NCBI GenBank assembly: GCA_013265495.1
Contig: MU059403.1
Coordinates: 1,564,960 to 1,628,959, forward strand
Length of the DNA: 64,000 nt
Direction: 5' to 3'
Source of the DNA: Vicugna vicugna
Lineage: Eukaryota
Shown: positions 60,140-64,000 of the stretch, piece by piece
How positions within the stretch are numbered: position 1 is the stretch's first letter
Layout: each line of letters opens with the position of its first letter
Translations under genes and position numbers: made by a program
The notes under the pieces: generated by a model
What the model was told of the DNA's origin: nothing
Databases searched by the model: none
What the model saw: only the letters and a program-made list of their open reading frames with translations

Positions 60140-60244
60140 TTTTTTTAAAGTTTTTCGGGAGGCAGTTAGATTTACTTATTTGGGGTTGAACCCAGGACCT
60201 CAAGCTAAGCCTGCGCTCGACCATTTGAGCTGCACCCTCCCCGC
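60140..60244 (-). mobile_element. tRNA-derived SINE (vic-1-like)
   Basis: Poly-T tail, ggggttgaacccaggacctc...ctaagcctgcgctcgaccatttgagctgcaccctcccc (reverse A and B boxes), diverged TSD aagtgatggcggtt (60126-60139) / aagtgacagtagtt (60245-60258) followed by ctaa. Confidence 0.85.
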
Positions 60245-61533
60245 AAGTGACAGTAGTTCTAAGAAGTGACCCTCTTGCAAAGGAGAACAAAGTACTCTGA
60301 GTCTGAAATCTACACGCGACAGGCACTCCGTTAATGCGCGTTTGCTTCCGTGCCCCGTGGCCACTTTGATGATGCCGTTGCTGTTTCATCTAAGACAAAC
60401 GCAATGGAGCCAAAAACAAACAGACACGGATAAGTGAAACAGAGACCTAAGTGTCCTGAGGGTTTCCTGTTGGACTTCTGTTAACTGAAATCCAGCACAA
60501 ATATAGATAAAGCATGCTTCTGCTGGCTCGTTAACCAGAAAAAGCATCACTGTCATTACGTGGCTGGACACTCATTGAATGAGTAAAACCTGAGACTACA
60601 TTGTACCTACAAATGCACCGCTCAGGCTTTTCTATCAGTATATAATTGAGTCAGTTTATTTCTCTATGGTCTTGAATGACAGTTCAACTATTATGTTCAA
60701 TTTTTTCATTCTATTCATAGAAGTTACAAAGATTAATTACAAAATTTTATCAGGGAAGAAGTTTTGTGGCAGTGTTTTTTAATTATATGAAGTTAATTTA
60801 TACGTGTTTGTTAAGTGAATGCTCTTTCGCTGTGGCGCGTTAGTGTCCAGGTTTCTTCCTGATTTGCTTTGAACCAGAAGAGACTGTGGGTGTTCTGCCA
60901 GTTGGGAGGGCAGCGATAAAGACCAAAGGCTCTGGCGTTTCCCGCGCTTGGTCCCAGCTGCGTGCGTTCCTCCCAGGGGTGCACGGCTGCCCCATCCTCC
61001 GTGACCCTCTCGTCAGGCCAGTGGGGCTGGCGCGGTCCTTTCCGCCAGTTCGTGGGGGAGGGAAGGGTTGCGGCCTGGCCCAGGTGACACGTGTGGGACC
61101 CCGAGGCGAGGACTGGAATCCGCCCGAGCCACCCGAGACAGACTCGCGGCTGCTCTACGTCCAGCAGAGAGAGGGCGGCTCCTCCGCCCGCGGTGCTGCT
61201 CCAGCGCCACTGAGACGCGGGGGTCCCGGTGTCACTGTGTGTGCCCAGCAGCACACATGGGGCCCCTGTTAAAAGGCACGTGCACTGCACCCAGAGTGGG
61301 CAGCAGTCAGACCTTTAGTTCAAGCCCTTTATCACACCGAGTGGACGGGGCCAGGAAAGCTGGGGTGGGGACAGAAGGGGCGTTTCCCACAGTGGCCTGC
61401 TGCCGAACACCGGGTTCGGACGCTCCTTACAACCGCGTCGTCCAGCCTGATGGCCTCTCCCGCCTCCTGTCGCGTTTCGTCCACGAGAATTCCTGCCCCG
61501 TCCTCGGGCTGTTCCCAGAGCAGACCTGGTCCC

Positions 61534-61576
61534 GCCTTACCCGCATGCTCATCGCCCTGCCTTACCCGCATGCTCA
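61534..61576. repeat. 25-bp-period tandem duplication
   Basis: gccttacccgcatgctca at 61534-61551 and 61559-61576. Confidence 0.9.
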
Positions 61577-61761
61577 CGTCCTCTCCCTGCTCCTGGATGG
61601 GCGCACCTTGCTTTTTAACTATCCTCAATTCTCGGTCACCCCGGGGCTCCTTAGACCCCAGCTCGCGGTGCACAGAGGCCGCCTCTAGGCTGACCCCCGA
61701 CACCCTGCCTCTGCGCACACGCCCAGCCCTCCTCATCTGTCCTCTCCTGCCTGTTTTACAC

Positions 61762-61889
61762 TTTGTTTCCTTCATTGATCTGGCCAGATTTTGCTATTTA
61801 TTTATACATTTAACGGAGGGTCTGGGGATTGAACCCCGGACCTTTCACGTGTTGAGCAGGGGCCCCACCACTGAGCTGTACCCCCCGCA
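61762..61889 (-). mobile_element. tRNA-derived SINE (vic-1-like)
   Basis: tatttatttat...ggagggtctggggattgaaccccggacct...ccaccactgagctgtacccccc; TSD ctgttttacac (61751-61761) / ctgttttgcac (61890-61900). Confidence 0.85.
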
Positions 61890-64000
61890 CTGTTTTGCAC
61901 GTTTAGACCTGCCCTTGTGACTGATCCCACATGCAGAGCCCGGACGGGGACCCCAAACCCCCGGGACGGGGTTGAGTGGAGGCTGGCGGCATTCCAATGA
62001 GGTGTCTGTCACCTCTGGAGACGGGACAGAGGCCCCGTGCAGCCTGTTTCTTCTGCTCACTCCTCACGAGCCATGTTACGTCCCACCCAGCAGCAACTGG
62101 AGGCCAGCGTGGGGGTGACCGCGTGTCTGCGGGGCCAGGCCCTGGTGCCCGGGCTCCTGGTCAGACACAGGTGATTCTGTGGCGGTGTTTTGTAGACGAG
62201 GGTGACATTTAGATCAGCTGACTTCAGGAGAAGGAGGGTCCCCCACCTGCGGCAGGCTCTCCTGGCAGGACTGAGGGGACCCTTGGCAGCATGGGGCCTG
62301 CCCAGGGCGGGGCGGCCTCTGCTGATCTTCTTGAGCAGGAGGGAACCGAGGGCGCTCTGCTTCTCACAGTTCATTTTAACACATGGCTTCTTGGCGGAGT
62401 GGGGCTTCCTGCCCCGTGTGGACGCCCCAGTGCGCTGGGGCCCACGGCGCTTTGAGGAGACACAGGCAGTGCTGACGGTGCGCAGCGTGGGCCCTGCATG
62501 GGCATCTCTGCCCAGCTCTAGGGAGGGGGCGCAGCCTGGCTTTTCTTCGTGTCCTGCTGCACGTCCCGATGGCTGCCTCTGCGAATGCAGCTCTGACTGT
62601 CCCTTTGAAGCACCCCCGCTGGGAGCGCCCTTGCTGACAGCAGCCTTGGTGCAGGGGAACCTTCATCCGCTCGGCCTCAGGAGCCCGCGGTCCGGCATGG
62701 CTGTGGCGTGTCCTCCCCGCCCCGCTCAGCGCACTGTCCCCGCTGGGGCGCGGCCCGGCCTGGCCGGGGGGCACCTGTGGCTTCAGGCGGGCACGCGGCT
62801 TCCCAGAGGCAGAGAGGGATTTAGTGCAGGCCCGAGGTTGGCGAGGGGGCTGTCGGCTTTCGCTCTCTGCCTGCGGCTCTTCTGAAAGCTGGGCTCGGGC
62901 CAGGGAGGCGACCCCTCAAAGCCCTGCAGAGGCGAGCGCCCTGAGCTCCAGGGCAGCGCGTCCAGCCGCAGGCCAGGCTGCACACAGGCCGCTCTGCTGG
63001 CTCTGACGTGTGAGCCCCTGGTTTTAGTGATCTTTTCATCTGCTGTCGTTTTCAGTTTCGCATGTGAGCTGGAGGACACAGAGGCCCCAGTTTTGCCGAG
63101 TCTGAGACCCTCCTCCCACTTGGGAGAAAAATACTCCTTCCTCCCTAAGCCATTAAAAATGGCTCTGGTTTACATCCAAGGATGTTCTGTGTCTCGGATG
63201 CGCCGCAGTCTCATGGGCCCCCTCGGTGGAAACATCTTCCTGCTTTATTCAGGGTTGATAATTTTTGTTTTATTGCGCACATTAGAGTTACTGCCAAATG
63301 ATGATTATCTTTTGATTCTGCTTTAAATCTTGGTAAATTGCATCTCCTGGGAGCAAATAACACAGTCTATTTTCTTTCTTCACGTCTAAGTTTAAAACAC
63401 GACTTCCCCAGGCCCCTTTCTGTTGCACCACAAAACATCAAGATACCAGCTAGATTCTTAGCTTATGAAGTGCTTGTCATTTGAAAAGGTTAAAATATTG
63501 AAATAGATCAAATAGCTCCTTTTAAATGTGAACTGTAAAGGTGTATTATTTACAAATACTGATTTATCTAAAAATGTACATGACAATTTATCCAAGTTTC
63601 CTAGTTAAAAAAGGGAGATTTCAGTATTCAGACTCTGGTTAAAGAATCAAGATGCAACGTTTCAACAGACAAACAGCGATGGAAGCAAGCAAATCATAGA
63701 CAAGCTGTCGAAGATACACACCAGCAGTGGATGCACACAGGCCTTCGGACGCTCCCTGCGTGAAAACTCAGGGGCGCTCGCCTTGCTTTAGCCTCTCAGG
63801 ATGCGTGAGGTTTAATCCGCCGTGGGATTAGCGAGGCCTGATGCTAAGCCGTGCGCTCTGTAGAAGCGTAGCTGCGGTTCACAGGAGACTCACAGCGCAC
63901 CGGGCAGGGGGCCGAGTGCTCCCGTGCACGGCAGAGCCGAGCCCTTCCTGTGCTGTGGACAAGCACACTTCTCAGAATCGCGAAGTGGCGAGCTGGGGTG

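Larger units (their letters stand above)
1..64000 (+). other. SMOC2: SMOC2 gene body (part of intron 1 through part of intron 7)
   Basis: Six exons join in frame: FLRVDQDKDKDCSLDCGGSPQKPLCGSDGRTFLSRCEFQRAKCKDPQLEIAHRGNCR-DVSRCVAERKYTQEQARKEFQQVFIPECNDDGTYSQ-VQCHSYTGYCWCVTPNGRPVSGTAVAHKTPRCP-GSINEKLPQREGTGKT-DDASAPVLDTQPQGDEE-DIASRYPTLWTEQVKSRQNKTSKNS, recognised as SMOC2. Signal-peptide exon 1 and exon 8 onward were not found in the window. Confidence 0.97.

Noticed and set aside
55909-61889. GGTTCAA B-box sequences as tRNA genes
   Set aside because: No cloverleaf; they have A/T-rich tails and TSDs typical of tRNA-derived SINEs.
382-63326. Long ORFs in the six-frame track (e.g. 4369-5076, 8482-9186, 28498-29286, 31058-31837, 37966-38664, 62202-62885) as unknown genes
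   Set aside because: Pro/Gly/Arg/Ala-rich with no recognisable domain, as expected from stop-poor GC-rich DNA. The VCVC and HSFIHS runs are translated simple repeats.
57834-64000. SMOC2 exon 8, or a counterpart of the dog brachycephaly-associated SMOC2 LINE-1
   Set aside because: No SCDQE...CWCV coding sequence is present. As I recall, the dog insertion is lineage-specific and lies downstream of exon 8, outside this window.

Overview
Mammalian genomic DNA, GC- and CpG-rich, from inside the SMOC2 gene (SPARC-related modular calcium-binding protein 2) on the + strand. The species is probably a camelid, inferred from vic-1-like tRNA SINEs and the L1 3' ends, with no bovid or pig SINEs seen. The window starts in intron 1, holds six coding exons (2-7 by human numbering) and ends in intron 7. 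They splice at GT-AG sites into one open frame of 553 nt, or 586 nt with a 33-nt alternative acceptor, encoding the Kazal domain, the first thyroglobulin type-1 domain and the SMOC-specific linker. The rest is intron with L1 fragments (one 5'-inverted, with target-site duplications, TSDs), three ERV1-like solo LTRs, MLT1, a Tigger1 deletion derivative, MER5, MIRs, SINEs, a 20-bp minisatellite and simple repeats. I found no convincing new biological system; the long ORFs in the track look like GC-content artefacts. The best leads are strong A/T-to-G/C erosion of transposon fossils (a gBGC-like signature), a TCF/LEF motif cluster in intron 2, an AGGTCA-bearing minisatellite, and splicing features around exon 6. 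Repeat-family names and human comparisons come from my memory of consensus sequences, not from a search.
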